Source: a virus
Lineage: Duplodnaviria; Heunggongvirae; Uroviricota; Caudoviricetes
IMG/VR virus record: IMGVR_UViG_3300006217_000002
DNA: 64,000 nt
Strand: one strand, 5' to 3'
How positions within the stretch are numbered: position 1 is the first letter of the stretch; every line of letters starts with the position of its first letter. A program made the position numbers and the translations under genes. The notes beneath the pieces were generated by a model. That model worked only from the letters and a program-made list of their open reading frames with translations. It was not told the DNA's origin and searched no databases. This document shows positions 28,332 through 38,795 of this stretch, piece after piece.

Positions 28332-31319
28332 ATGGTTAAGACTCTCCGTTCTCTAATACAAGAGAAGTTCCCAATGGAGTTGAGAGTAAAGATCGAATTA
28401 TTATCAAAAAGAAGAGACATCACGAACAAAGAGAAACAGGATGAACTCTTCAAGTTATTGAGAGAATATGAAATTGAAAACATAGTTCCATTGGGACCTG
28501 GGACGAACAGGTATGCGTTCAAGTTGAATGGTTTTGTCATTAAGGTTGCAACAGACCATGATGGGAAGATTGACAATTTGAAAGAATTTAAAATGGCGAA
28601 ACGGTTGTATCCGTATGTGACAAAAACATATGAAGTTTCTGAGAATGGAACTTTATTAGTTGCGGAGTATATACAGCCTTTCTCGTCATATGGAGAAATG
28701 CTTAATTATGCGGATAAAATCAGAGAAATACTGACTAAACTATCGTCAGTTTATTTGATAGGAGACGTTGGAATCACATCCAAGAATTTTGCGAACTGGG
28801 GATTGAGGATAGGAGGAACTGAACCTGTCTGTCTAGATTTTGCATATGTTTATGAAGTGTCATCAGAACTATTCATATGTAAACATTGTAAGAGCGGTTC
28901 AATGTTAGTTCCGAATAAGGATTTTACTGAGTTAGTATGTCCACAACCAGGATGTGGTAAGAAGTATTTGTTTGAAGATATTCGCAGTAAAATTGGTAAT
29001 GATATTCATCGGCATGAGATTGGCGATCTCACTGAAGAGGGATACTTATTATCAGAATCAAACGTAGTTACTGAACTTAGTACTGGTAGAAGTAATTATC
29101 TTGTTAGGAAAATGAAGCCTTCTAGCAAGAAACCTATACAGGAAAAGAAGGAGGAAATTGTTCTTGATAACTTTGTGATGGAACATGAACCTTCATATTA
29201 CAATGGGATCAATGGTAATTCAAAATATTTTAAGGAGGACGTTAAGATGGCAAATATGGATTTATTGCGTGAGGCAGCAGCTGATGTTGCAAAGAGAAGT
29301 TCTGATGGAGGGTTAGTAATTCGTGCGAAAGCAACCCTCGTCAATAAGAAACCTAGAAGGGAGCAGCGTCATGATGTAAGAGCAACACCGCCGGCTGAAG
29401 AAGTCACGGTGGACCAACTAGTTGAAGAGACTTTAGATCAAGCCGAAGAATCCACCCTGGCTTTCTCTGCATCTATGAGCGAACCTGAAAAATCTGTGGC
29501 TCCGGTTGAAGAAGTAAAGGTTCAGTCGGAAGAGAAACCTACCATGGAAACTGTAATGAAACCGGAAGTTCTTCCTGAAACTGTTGTCATCCGTGCAACG
29601 GCTACAACACATGTTAGCAAAGCTCCTAAGGTCACTGAGGAAAAGATGGAATCTGTACATCCCGCTAAGGAAGTAGAGAAACCAGTAGAGCAGAAACCGG
29701 AGGAGTTGAAAGCACCTGTAGAGGAATCGATGTTCAGCAGAGATTTCAAAGATCATGTTGACAAAGTATTCAGTATTGTTTCAAATAAGGTTGGAACGGA
29801 TCTTCATATAAGAGCTGTATTCGATGATGTTAAGGGAAATATCAGAACAAAGAAGATGTTTCCTGAGCAGTTCTATAAAGGAGTGCAGAATGCTGTATTC
29901 AGATCATTAATGGCGTTCTGTAACTTCGAGGAGAAAAATATCCCTAATGATAACAATAAGGGATACCATAAGTCGTTTACTCCTCCTACAGAGCTGGAAG
30001 GTATGGCGTATACACCTACGATGATATTTATGTCAAGGGTATGGGCTGATAAATCTCTATGCAACATGGAGAACCCTGAAGATATGATGAAAGCGTACCG
30101 CGATAAGTTCTCTGATTATGATGGATTCCAGCCTGAATGGATCGAGATTTTCAAGAATCGCTTGAGGGGTAAAATCCAGATCGATGAGAGTGGTTTATGT
30201 AAGGTGGCCGATGCAGTTAGTGAAGTATGGGTAATGAGGTTTACTGAGAGCAGTAACGATGAATCAAAGGAACCTCAGGAACCTACTACGGAGGAAGTAA
30301 CAGTTCAGGCTGAGGAAACCACTGCAGAACAGCCCGTTGAAGAAACATTCGATGAAGGAGAAGAATCTAACATTCCTTCTGATACCACTGGTTCATCTCT
30401 TCCTGATCTTTCAGGTTCTTATTCGATGGATGGAAACAGAGAAGAAGCTTCTGAATTTGATGAGCATGGTAACTATACTGGTGAAGAAGATGATACTAGA
30501 TTTCTCAGTGTAGAGATTTATCCTGACGATGATGTTGATGTCGTTAAGGTAAAATCATCTGAGGCATTCGGAGATGTTTCTATTCCGTTCTATACTAAGC
30601 TGAGCGATATCGATCTCTCTAAGAATGTTCCATCTGTTGCCGATGACAGAAATGGTATCTGGGACTGGTTGATTCATATGGTTCCTGATATTATGTTCTA
30701 TACACAGAATCCTGAGAGATACCTCGAGATTAATGAATATGATATCGAGGAAGATCAAACACATGTTGTTATCCTTAATGAGAACGAAGGTACGTACATC
30801 ATGGGTATTTATTTCATTGAAGGAATCTGGATAGTTGATGACAATGGTGATGGACATCAGGTAACAGATAAGGATTTATTGGCGAGACTCAATGAACTGA
30901 TCAAGGAAGACATCGGATACTCAAGGATGAGCCATTTAGAAAGATCTCTGACTATGAAAGAACTTATTAGAACAGAGGAGTCTATTCTGGAAAATATGGT
31001 ACAGGAGGTAAGTGATGAAATGGAATCTACGGAGGAAGTAACAGTTCAGGCTGAGGAAACCACTGCAGAACAGCCCGTTGAAGAAACATTCGATGAAGAA
31101 GTGGAAAGAAAAAGAGAAGCAGAAGTTGGAGGTCTCGAAGAAGCCGCTATTGCTGCATTAACTGGACAGGATCGTGAAGATGACAATGGAGAAAACAAAG
31201 AAATTGACAGATATGAATCATATGTAAACAATGATCCTAAGTTGGCAAAGCTGACAGAAGAAAGAGTACAGACTTTTGCTCCTATCAGAAGAAACAAGCA
31301 GCGTGATCGTGAAAGGTAA
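28332..31319 (+). CDS. Protein-kinase-like domain + Zn ribbon + long acidic region
   Basis: Gly loop LGPGTNR, VIKVA, NLKE, LVAEYI, catalytic GDVGITSKNFANWG, CLDFA; CKHC/CPQPGC; in-frame internal AAGGAGG-ATG at 29247. Confidence 0.75.
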   Translation: MVKTLRSLIQEKFPMELRVKIELLSKRRDITNKEKQDELFKLLREYEIENIVPLGPGTNRYAFKLNGFVIKVATDHDGKIDNLKEFKMAKRLYPYVTKTYEVSENGTLLVAEYIQPFSSYGEMLNYADKIREILTKLSSVYLIGDVGITSKNFANWGLRIGGTEPVCLDFAYVYEVSSELFICKHCKSGSMLVPNKDFTELVCPQPGCGKKYLFEDIRSKIGNDIHRHEIGDLTEEGYLLSESNVVTELSTGRSNYLVRKMKPSSKKPIQEKKEEIVLDNFVMEHEPSYYNGINGNSKYFKEDVKMANMDLLREAAADVAKRSSDGGLVIRAKATLVNKKPRREQRHDVRATPPAEEVTVDQLVEETLDQAEESTLAFSASMSEPEKSVAPVEEVKVQSEEKPTMETVMKPEVLPETVVIRATATTHVSKAPKVTEEKMESVHPAKEVEKPVEQKPEELKAPVEESMFSRDFKDHVDKVFSIVSNKVGTDLHIRAVFDDVKGNIRTKKMFPEQFYKGVQNAVFRSLMAFCNFEEKNIPNDNNKGYHKSFTPPTELEGMAYTPTMIFMSRVWADKSLCNMENPEDMMKAYRDKFSDYDGFQPEWIEIFKNRLRGKIQIDESGLCKVADAVSEVWVMRFTESSNDESKEPQEPTTEEVTVQAEETTAEQPVEETFDEGEESNIPSDTTGSSLPDLSGSYSMDGNREEASEFDEHGNYTGEEDDTRFLSVEIYPDDDVDVVKVKSSEAFGDVSIPFYTKLSDIDLSKNVPSVADDRNGIWDWLIHMVPDIMFYTQNPERYLEINEYDIEEDQTHVVILNENEGTYIMGIYFIEGIWIVDDNGDGHQVTDKDLLARLNELIKEDIGYSRMSHLERSLTMKELIRTEESILENMVQEVSDEMESTEEVTVQAEETTAEQPVEETFDEEVERKREAEVGGLEEAAIAALTGQDREDDNGENKEIDRYESYVNNDPKLAKLTEERVQTFAPIRRNKQRDRER
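30286..30357 (+). repeat. 72-bp exact direct repeat (second copy 31027..31098)
   Basis: Encodes TEEVTVQAEETTAEQPVEETFDE twice in the same protein. Confidence 0.9.
31112..31135 (+). repeat. 24-bp exact dispersed repeat (copy at 40385..40408)
   Basis: AAGAGAAGCAGAAGTTGGAGGTCT; REAEVGGL in both proteins. Confidence 0.8.
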
Positions 31320-31335
31320 TCTGTAATAAACAAGG

Positions 31336-31380
31336 GATAGCGGTTATGGGTAGAATGTTCTACCCATACCGTTATTTTTT
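31336..31380 (+). terminator. Intrinsic terminator
   Basis: GCGGTTATGGGTAGAA-TG-TTCTACCCATACCGT + T tail. Confidence 0.75.
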
Positions 31381-31398
31381 ATTTGGAGGTGTTAACGT

Positions 31399-32106
31399 TT
31401 GATATATAGAATAGACCAAAGACATTTTCTTACTCATTTCATTGACTATTTTCCCTTACGTGAAATAACTCATATGCAATATGCTATAATCAGTGCTAAA
31501 ATAAGGAATAGTGGTAAACTACAAAATGTTGTCAAACTTCCTGATTTATATCCTGAACCTGAAATAATTATAGCATATGAAGAAAGTAAAGACAAGAATA
31601 TATTGGAGAAAATGTACTTTAATTTCCTTGATCCAAGTGCAGAAGATAAAGAAAGAATGAAACGCGGTGGAAGTTATTTCATGTATAATATTATATATAA
31701 ATCTTTCATAAATCCGCTATTTCAACACAACGATATTGTTATTGTATGTGATGAAGAAGAAAATGATATCATAGATGTTTTCTGTAAATATTTGAAAAAG
31801 AAGTTTAAGGTAGATGTGATAGATCTCAATGAGCTATTTAAAACTGGTCACGTAGGAAATATTTATATCGACAGAAGTGAGATTGAATGTGCCGTTGTTG
31901 ATATACGCCGTCAATGTGCTAAAGATGAAATGGATAGTTTATCATCAACGCAAGATGGTAGAGCTCAATTAATCTCGATGATGACGAAGAAGGAAAAATT
32001 AAAGAAATTAAGAAAGTACGGCATTGATCCAACTGATGAAGACAAGAAAAATATCGATAGTTTGCTTTTAACATTATGGAATGATGAAATGACAGAAAAC
32101 GATTAA
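31399..32106 (+). CDS. Hypothetical protein
   Basis: 235-aa ORF, GGAGG SD, TTG start. Confidence 0.65.
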   Translation: MIYRIDQRHFLTHFIDYFPLREITHMQYAIISAKIRNSGKLQNVVKLPDLYPEPEIIIAYEESKDKNILEKMYFNFLDPSAEDKERMKRGGSYFMYNIIYKSFINPLFQHNDIVIVCDEEENDIIDVFCKYLKKKFKVDVIDLNELFKTGHVGNIYIDRSEIECAVVDIRRQCAKDEMDSLSSTQDGRAQLISMMTKKEKLKKLRKYGIDPTDEDKKNIDSLLLTLWNDEMTEND

Positions 32107-32116
32107 TAAAAAATGA

Positions 32117-32157
32117 TATAGGAGGGATCAAAAAACTTCCTCCTATATTTTTTTTGT
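32117..32157 (+). terminator. Intrinsic terminator
   Basis: ATAGGAGGGA..TTCCTCCTATA + T tail. Confidence 0.7.
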
Positions 32158-32179
32158 TTATTTTTACCATATTAGCAGA

Positions 32180-32192
32180 AACAGAAGCTTAA
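32180..32192 (+). promoter_or_regulatory. Putative late promoter AACA-N6-TAA
   Basis: AACAGAAGCTTAA upstream of the head operon; matches the AR9 late consensus AACA-N6-TA as recalled. Confidence 0.5.
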
Positions 32193-32239
32193 TAATGTAC
32201 ATAACATAAAAAATATTTTATGAAAAGGAGAGAATAAAT

Positions 32240-34021
32240 ATGATTAACGTAGGTAATAGCGCTTTTCAGGAAAAGAGTATTATTGATGACTCTTTAAAAG
32301 CAGCTGCTGATGTCGATGTTGCAGAGATCAAAAAGGTATGGAACGATTCCACTAAAGGTCTTGATGACAAGTTGAGAACAACTAATGATGAGGGCCTTAA
32401 AAAAGTCGGAGACTCTTTAAAAGATATCGATGATAGAGTAGGTAAAGCTAATAGAATAGATAATCGTTCTATTATTGCTAGAGCGAAAAATTCTGTTCTT
32501 CAGTTTCCTATTTATATTGCTCAAACTATAAGAGTCAATGAGGCACATATCATTGCTAAGATGTTTGAAAGAGTTTATACTACACTTGTACAAACTGTGT
32601 TATCACAGAATCAGTACATCGATGAAGATGAAGCTAATAACCTTGTATTTCTTAAAAGGTTTCATAGTAACATCAAAGAAGCTGCTGATGTTTTAGTAGA
32701 TGAATTCTATAACAAATATTTTGAAGCAATTGATGAGATTGATCAGATTATGTCTGATAGTATCTTCTTCTCTCAGAAGCTTACAGAAAATTGTACAGTA
32801 GAATTCAGATGGACTCCATATAAGGATCAGAATCTTATTATGGAAAATGCTCGCTTAATTAATGAACCTTTATCAGGGTTTTTATACTTAAGAGAGGCAG
32901 ATGAAAATTCTAACGAAGAAAAAATCAGAGAAGCCCAGCAGAAAGATGTTGCTGTATCTGAAAAAGAATTTGAAGAACTTGCTGCAGATAAAGCAAATCT
33001 TAGTCAGAATGAAATTGAATTAATTCGAAAATCTCCTGACGACATCCGTAAAGAGGTTGAACAGGAGTATGGCGGGAAATCTAGTAGCACAGATCCTGAT
33101 ACTATCGATGAGATCGTCAATGATAAGCTTGATAAGAGAAACGAACTAAAAGAAACATTGAATGAGAAAATTGATGATATCAAGAAACAAATAAAGGCAG
33201 GAAAATTTGAAGGATACTCTTTTAAGAATGGACGTTATGTAAGAGCTGAGAAAACTAACAAGACTACATATAGACCTAAACCTGAAAAAGATAAGAAAGC
33301 TGACCCTGTTAATTCTGCAGTAGATGCTCCTAAGATTCTCAAAGATAGTGATATCAAAAAGATTAATGGTCTTCTTCCTTATACTATCGAAGCTACATTC
33401 CGTATTAAAGGAAAGAATGGATCAATTGATCGTGATATTCGATACATCATTGGAATTAAATCTGTTCTTCATATGATTCGTACTCAGGATCTGGCTGAGG
33501 ATCTTAGAGATATTATCACTGGTAATGTTAAATCTCTTCAGAAGATCAGATATAAAACTGGTGAGATTAGCTTCATGGATTATATGTTTAACATCAAAGG
33601 TATTAAGGCTGATGCAGCTAAACATATCAATTACAACAAGAGATGGTTAAATACTCTTAAGAGATTAGGAGAGTATAAAAACATGCACGGTAGCCTGTTA
33701 AAGAAACCTATTAGTGCTATTACTGGAGGAAGTGTTCCTATTCCTAATGGTACTCTTATTCTTTCTCAGCCTGATGTAACTATGCTTATGAACCAGACTG
33801 GTATTGACCTATCTGTAGTTTCAAATGCAAAGAAACTTGCTAACAGATTATTCCTGATTGCAGTTGTTATTGTTGATTCATCTGCTGGAACCATGAGAGT
33901 TCTGTTTACAGATAGCGACAATGATTGGGATGTTCAGTCTCTTGCTTCCATTGATGCTGAATTATCTAAGACTGACAATAGTCAGATCATGCGTGAATTA
34001 AACCGTATGGTGAATAAATAA
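32240..34021 (+). CDS. Probable virion (head) protein
   Basis: First gene of an operon ending in the prohead protease; hydrophobic-x-E-A sites (IKEA, LREA, IREA). Confidence 0.55.
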   Translation: MINVGNSAFQEKSIIDDSLKAAADVDVAEIKKVWNDSTKGLDDKLRTTNDEGLKKVGDSLKDIDDRVGKANRIDNRSIIARAKNSVLQFPIYIAQTIRVNEAHIIAKMFERVYTTLVQTVLSQNQYIDEDEANNLVFLKRFHSNIKEAADVLVDEFYNKYFEAIDEIDQIMSDSIFFSQKLTENCTVEFRWTPYKDQNLIMENARLINEPLSGFLYLREADENSNEEKIREAQQKDVAVSEKEFEELAADKANLSQNEIELIRKSPDDIRKEVEQEYGGKSSSTDPDTIDEIVNDKLDKRNELKETLNEKIDDIKKQIKAGKFEGYSFKNGRYVRAEKTNKTTYRPKPEKDKKADPVNSAVDAPKILKDSDIKKINGLLPYTIEATFRIKGKNGSIDRDIRYIIGIKSVLHMIRTQDLAEDLRDIITGNVKSLQKIRYKTGEISFMDYMFNIKGIKADAAKHINYNKRWLNTLKRLGEYKNMHGSLLKKPISAITGGSVPIPNGTLILSQPDVTMLMNQTGIDLSVVSNAKKLANRLFLIAVVIVDSSAGTMRVLFTDSDNDWDVQSLASIDAELSKTDNSQIMRELNRMVNK

Positions 34022-34036
34022 AGGAGGATATAAGTA

Positions 34037-36064
34037 ATGGATGGATATACAATCTGTAATGATTATCTTGAAATTATTTGTGGTACTAAAAATACTATCA
34101 CCAAAGAGTACCGCGAAGCTGCAAAAAATGTAGAAGAAAATTCCATGAAAGGTCTTGGATACCTTAAGAACTTCATTACCAGTATTGAAAATCTTGCTGG
34201 TAAAGAGAATGTTAAAGATACCAGAATTAGTAGTACCAAAGGTAATATTCAGGATTTTCAGGGATATGAGAATATCAAGACCGCGATGAATTTTATTAAT
34301 AAAAATTTATCCGGTATTGATATCATGGGTAACATCAAAACTATCTATGATGCTCTCGAATCAAATAAGAGTCTATATATGGAAGGATACAATAAGAATG
34401 TTCGTTTAGTTATTCTCGAATATGAATCTTCCTTATATATGCTCGTAACTGGATTATCTATGGTTATGGCTAATAACATGGATGTGGTTCAGAATGGAAC
34501 TCAGATCAAGATCCAGAAAAAACATGGATCTACTTACGGAATTATTCCTAAAACTATCGTAGATCTTTCTAAGCAGCTTTCCAATAATAAACATAAAGAG
34601 TATCTTGAAGAGATGCTTAAATCAAGAGAGAATTCTTCTAAGATAGATACAGAGATGAAAGAGTCTACGTATTTCGAATCAACTGTATCTGACACGTTAG
34701 ATCTCGTGGATTCCATCTTCAAGAACGTTGGTCGTATTGGTCATTATACCAAGAGGCTTGTAACAAGTGTGAAGAACTCTTTGTTTGGAATTGTTCCACT
34801 TATTCGTTCTATTTTATATCTTAGATATAAAAGAAAGGCTGATACAATTCTTGCTCTTGATCAGAGAGTAAATGATATTGAAAAGAATATCGAGCAGCTT
34901 AGAAATATTAAAACAATTGATCCTGCTAAGAAAGAAGAGATTATTAAAAAACAGAAAGCTGTCTGTGAAGCTTATCGTAAGAAATCAGAGAAACTCCGTG
35001 CAGAACTTACAGAAGGAGAAAAGGATGCAGCAGTTGCAATTAAGAAAGAAGATCCTCAGATCAAGAATACTGATGATGACTTTATACTTGAAGGGGTAAG
35101 AGTACAGGATTTTTTTGAGTCAACCTCCAGAGCTTTAAATCTTAAAAGATATTCAAAGATTTTGAACCGTAAAGGAAATGTTAAAGGTAAGGGTCCTGGA
35201 GGTAGATACGGATCTGTCACACGTAACTCTGTCTGGAAAACTGTTGAAATTCCTAAAGATGTTGATATTGAAAAGGCTATCAAAAATACAACTGATGAAT
35301 TTTGTAAGATTACTGGTAAAGATAGTATTCGTTTGGAATTAGGAGCTAATGTTCCAAATGATTCCATCAATGAAAGAACTATTTCAAAAATTGGTGGAAC
35401 TCCTTACTGGCCTAAGAATCAAAAGTATCCTACAGGTATAAAAGGAGAGCCTATGATTATGATAGCTCAGATTAATTTTTCTGAGCTACCACATCTTGAT
35501 GGTTATCCTACTAAGGGTTTACTTCAGTTTTTTGTAAACGATGCTGAATATACAGATATGGGAGACGATAAGATCAAAGTTATCTATCATGAAAGATATG
35601 CTACAGAGGAATACGATATGCTTGATAAAATTCCTCGTACTACTTTTTTCGAAGATAAGAACTATGATTTCCCATTCACAGGTATGTTTAAAATCATTAA
35701 AGGAGTATTAGAAAAGCAGTATCTTCATTATGGATGCGAAGAATTCAATGATATCATTAATCCAATCATTGAGAAACATTTCAATGTTAAGATTAAATGT
35801 ATATGGGATCTTCCTAAAGATATTTATGATAAAATACTTAAGAAGATTGAAGAAAATTCTTGGGGAACTCGTATTGGAGGTCAGCCTAACTTTACTCAAT
35901 GGGATCCTAGACAGGATGGTAAGTATCAAACCCTTTTATTCCAGCTTGATTCTGAAAAAGGTATTATGTGGGGAGATGTTGGAATCGCCAACTGGTTTAT
36001 TGATGAGAAAAACTTAAGAGCTAAGAATTTCAATAAAGTATTTTTCACTTGGGATTGTTACTAA
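34037..36064 (+). CDS. Probable head protein fused to C-terminal YwqG/DUF1963 domain
   Basis: C-terminus SKIGGTPYWP..AQINFSELP..P.KGLLQFF..IGGQPNFTQWDPR..LLFQLDS..MWGDVG..FFTWDC is DUF1963-like; linker has FILEG and FFES sites. Confidence 0.75.
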   Translation: MDGYTICNDYLEIICGTKNTITKEYREAAKNVEENSMKGLGYLKNFITSIENLAGKENVKDTRISSTKGNIQDFQGYENIKTAMNFINKNLSGIDIMGNIKTIYDALESNKSLYMEGYNKNVRLVILEYESSLYMLVTGLSMVMANNMDVVQNGTQIKIQKKHGSTYGIIPKTIVDLSKQLSNNKHKEYLEEMLKSRENSSKIDTEMKESTYFESTVSDTLDLVDSIFKNVGRIGHYTKRLVTSVKNSLFGIVPLIRSILYLRYKRKADTILALDQRVNDIEKNIEQLRNIKTIDPAKKEEIIKKQKAVCEAYRKKSEKLRAELTEGEKDAAVAIKKEDPQIKNTDDDFILEGVRVQDFFESTSRALNLKRYSKILNRKGNVKGKGPGGRYGSVTRNSVWKTVEIPKDVDIEKAIKNTTDEFCKITGKDSIRLELGANVPNDSINERTISKIGGTPYWPKNQKYPTGIKGEPMIMIAQINFSELPHLDGYPTKGLLQFFVNDAEYTDMGDDKIKVIYHERYATEEYDMLDKIPRTTFFEDKNYDFPFTGMFKIIKGVLEKQYLHYGCEEFNDIINPIIEKHFNVKIKCIWDLPKDIYDKILKKIEENSWGTRIGGQPNFTQWDPRQDGKYQTLLFQLDSEKGIMWGDVGIANWFIDEKNLRAKNFNKVFFTWDCY

Positions 36065-36096
36065 AAATGAGATAAAATAAAAAAGGAGGTGAGAAT

Positions 36097-36957
36097 ATGC
36101 CATGTGAAGCACTTGATACATTGTGTTATATTCAGGAACAAACTTCCTATATGGAAGACTATGGAAACGATTTTGGATACGAGGTCCATGATAAAGGGAA
36201 TAGATTTTATGTAACATTCAATGCAGTTCTGCAATCATTTGGACGCAAGAATCGTAATGGACGTGAATATGATGCTGAAAATATTATGAACAAAATAAAC
36301 ACAGATGACTATATTCAATCCATGCTTCGTCAGAATAGTTGGATGGGAGAGATTGATCACCCTGCACCTGAAAAAGAAGGCGAAGAGCTTACAATGCAAA
36401 GAATTGCTAATCCTAATATGAAATTGACTTCTCACTATATTAGGAGACCAACTCTGAATGGTACATTGCTTGAGGCTGGAATTCAAACAGACTCATCTAA
36501 CAAACATGGAATGAATATGGCAATTAAAATTGTTGATGGTAAGATCATTCCATGCTTCAGTGCCAGAGTTCTTGGAGCTTTACAGAACAGGAATGGTAGA
36601 GCTGTTGTATTTGTTCGTAAACTTATCACCTATGATTGGGTACTATATCCTTCTCATCCTGAAGCAATGGCTAAAATTAATCAACCTATTCAGGAGTCTG
36701 TAGATATGTTTACTAAACATACTGGATGTAAGATTATTCAATTCCCTGAATTAGCAAGGATGGCTGCAAATTCATCAAAGGAAACTGAATGGTTGTGCGA
36801 ATCATTTGGATTGACTATTGATGCTGTAACAGGATTAACTGAAACAGGATCAGGAATTGTAATTCAGGAAAGCAACAATGTTTACGTTCAGCCCATTACA
36901 GATAAAAGCATTCGTAAGAGAACTCAGTCTATGTTAACTGACTGGCTTAATAGCTAA
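36097..36957 (+). CDS. Prohead core protease (T4 gp21/phiKZ gp175-like)
   Basis: NRNGREY, MGEIDHP (catalytic His), FSARVLG (catalytic Ser region), ITYDWV.YPSH. Confidence 0.85.
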   Translation: MPCEALDTLCYIQEQTSYMEDYGNDFGYEVHDKGNRFYVTFNAVLQSFGRKNRNGREYDAENIMNKINTDDYIQSMLRQNSWMGEIDHPAPEKEGEELTMQRIANPNMKLTSHYIRRPTLNGTLLEAGIQTDSSNKHGMNMAIKIVDGKIIPCFSARVLGALQNRNGRAVVFVRKLITYDWVLYPSHPEAMAKINQPIQESVDMFTKHTGCKIIQFPELARMAANSSKETEWLCESFGLTIDAVTGLTETGSGIVIQESNNVYVQPITDKSIRKRTQSMLTDWLNS

Positions 36958-36963
36958 AATATA

Positions 36964-36999
36964 ATAATGATAGACGGGGAATTCCCCGTCTATCATTAT
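36964..36999. terminator. Perfect 36-bp palindrome
   Basis: ATAATGATAGACGGGGAA|TTCCCCGTCTATCATTAT. Confidence 0.8.
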
Positions 37000-37007
37000 G
37001 CTTTCAT

Positions 37008-37033
37008 TTATATATTATAAAAATATAGAAAGG
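37008..37033 (+). promoter_or_regulatory. Putative early promoter + SD cassette (identical to 28297..28322)
   Basis: TTATATATTATAAAAATATAGAAAGG. Confidence 0.7.
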
Positions 37034-37042
37034 GGTGAAAAT

Positions 37043-37222
37043 ATGAATAAACCTAAGGACTTGGAAGAAGTAAGAGAAGCTGTACAGAATTTCCTAAAAG
37101 AAAAATATGGAGATGCTGTATTAACTAAATCGGGAGGGGGTAGTAAAGAAGTTGTGATATTAACTGAAACACCATTTGCAGGTAATAATGATGTATGGAT
37201 TAACTTTAATTATTTTCACTAA
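37043..37222 (+). CDS. Small hypothetical protein
   Basis: ATG37043 after AAGGGG SD. Confidence 0.6.
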   Translation: MNKPKDLEEVREAVQNFLKEKYGDAVLTKSGGGSKEVVILTETPFAGNNDVWINFNYFH

Positions 37223-37236
37223 GAAGGGAGAATGGA

Positions 37237-37788
37237 ATGACAAACGATGCTTTACTTAACGGAAAAGTTGTAACATTATCTGATGCTGAAAGAGAAGCAG
37301 GTGAAAAGTTTCATCTTGAGAGAATTAAATTCGCTTGGATCAATGGAAAGCTTACATTCGGAGATGCTCCTGGTGACGATAGAGATCACCAACATTGGAT
37401 GTTAGAAGATTATGGTATTTCGCCGGAAGAATTTGAAACAATCAACAGAGGTTATATGCTTCCTTGCAGGATTCAATTATTTAAAGGAAGTGATTTCAGA
37501 AAGGTTGATATGAAAGAGATCAATGCAGAAGATTTAAATACTTTAGTAGAATATCAATTCTTGAAGTATGAATCTGCATCAGCTGTTGTATATAATGGAG
37601 TTATAATTAAAGAAGTAGGAGCAGTGTGGCCGCCAATAGATACAGTTTTCACCATTATGGTTAAATCATCATTATTTGATTTAAAATTTAAAGATGAATT
37701 TAAATTTAAGGAAATGATCATGGCTAAGACAAAGAAAACATATACTGAATGTGTGCCTTTGAAGGAAGAGGTTATAAAACCAACGTAA
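37237..37788 (+). CDS. Hypothetical protein
   Basis: 183-aa ORF with SD. Confidence 0.65.
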   Translation: MTNDALLNGKVVTLSDAEREAGEKFHLERIKFAWINGKLTFGDAPGDDRDHQHWMLEDYGISPEEFETINRGYMLPCRIQLFKGSDFRKVDMKEINAEDLNTLVEYQFLKYESASAVVYNGVIIKEVGAVWPPIDTVFTIMVKSSLFDLKFKDEFKFKEMIMAKTKKTYTECVPLKEEVIKPT

Positions 37789-37853
37789 TCGTATATCCAC
37801 TACTATTATGTGTATATTATACACATAATAGAAAAGAAAGGAAGGTATTTCAT

Positions 37854-38375
37854 ATGCGTGTTTATACGTTGCGTAACACTATCTTTGGGAATGGCGATGT
37901 CCTTAATGGGAAGCTTCTGGCTGTTCGTCATAATAAAGAAAAGACTGGTCACTTGATGTTCATCGATATTACTTCTAAGACTGTGATCTGGGAAACGACA
38001 TCAATGGTTGAATCAATCGAAACAAAGGACGGGATTATCTTTAAGACAGCCAGTGGTTCTTCTTATGACTTCATTGATGTTGTAACTTTGGTACCTACAT
38101 ACAACCCTCCTACTGTTGTAGAGATGCCTGTAGTTATCGATTTCACTGTCGTATCTAAGAATCATGATTACCGGCCAATTCATTATGGAGATGGATATGA
38201 TCTTGATGAGTATGAATTCAGTCGTGAGATTACTGAAAAAGAATTCCTTGCATTTCTGAAGGAAGAAAAACTGTGTACAAGAACTACTCAGGAATATCCT
38301 TATCAGGATTATGCTAAGATTTCTGGTTCTGGTAAGAAATGGACTTACAAATGGATTCGTTGTTATACCGATTAA
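37854..38375 (+). CDS. Hypothetical protein
   Basis: ATG37854 after AAGGAAGG; TGTATATTAT promoter-like site at 37811. Confidence 0.65.
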   Translation: MRVYTLRNTIFGNGDVLNGKLLAVRHNKEKTGHLMFIDITSKTVIWETTSMVESIETKDGIIFKTASGSSYDFIDVVTLVPTYNPPTVVEMPVVIDFTVVSKNHDYRPIHYGDGYDLDEYEFSREITEKEFLAFLKEEKLCTRTTQEYPYQDYAKISGSGKKWTYKWIRCYTD

Positions 38376-38395
38376 AAACTGAGAGGAGAAATAAT

Positions 38396-38779
38396 ATGAA
38401 AATGAAAAATGCTAAAACCAAACGTTTCTTTGTTACGACTATCTGTATGCTGATGCTAATAGCAATCGTATGCGCTGTCAACATTCCGTTCTCATTCAAT
38501 GATACAGATTATATTGTAACTGTTACTGATAAAGATAGGATAGTTGAAAAATCAAAAAACAAATCTCCATCTAAATATATGGTATTTGCTGACGATGAAG
38601 ATGGCAACGCGCTTGTATTTGAAAACACTGATTGCTTCATCAGATTAAAATTCAACAGTTCTAATATACAGAGTCAGTTAAAAGAAGGGAATACATATAA
38701 GATCACTGTCGTTGGTTACAGAGTGCCATTCTTAAGCTGGTATCAGAATATCATTAAGGTTGAAGAAATGAAAGAATGA
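38396..38779 (+). CDS. Membrane-anchored DUF1523-like protein
   Basis: N-terminal TM; VTVTDK..VFENTD...LKFNSS..G..Y.ITVVGYRVPFLSWYQNII. Confidence 0.6.
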   Translation: MKMKNAKTKRFFVTTICMLMLIAIVCAVNIPFSFNDTDYIVTVTDKDRIVEKSKNKSPSKYMVFADDEDGNALVFENTDCFIRLKFNSSNIQSQLKEGNTYKITVVGYRVPFLSWYQNIIKVEEMKE

Positions 38780-38795
38780 TAATAAAAATAATATT

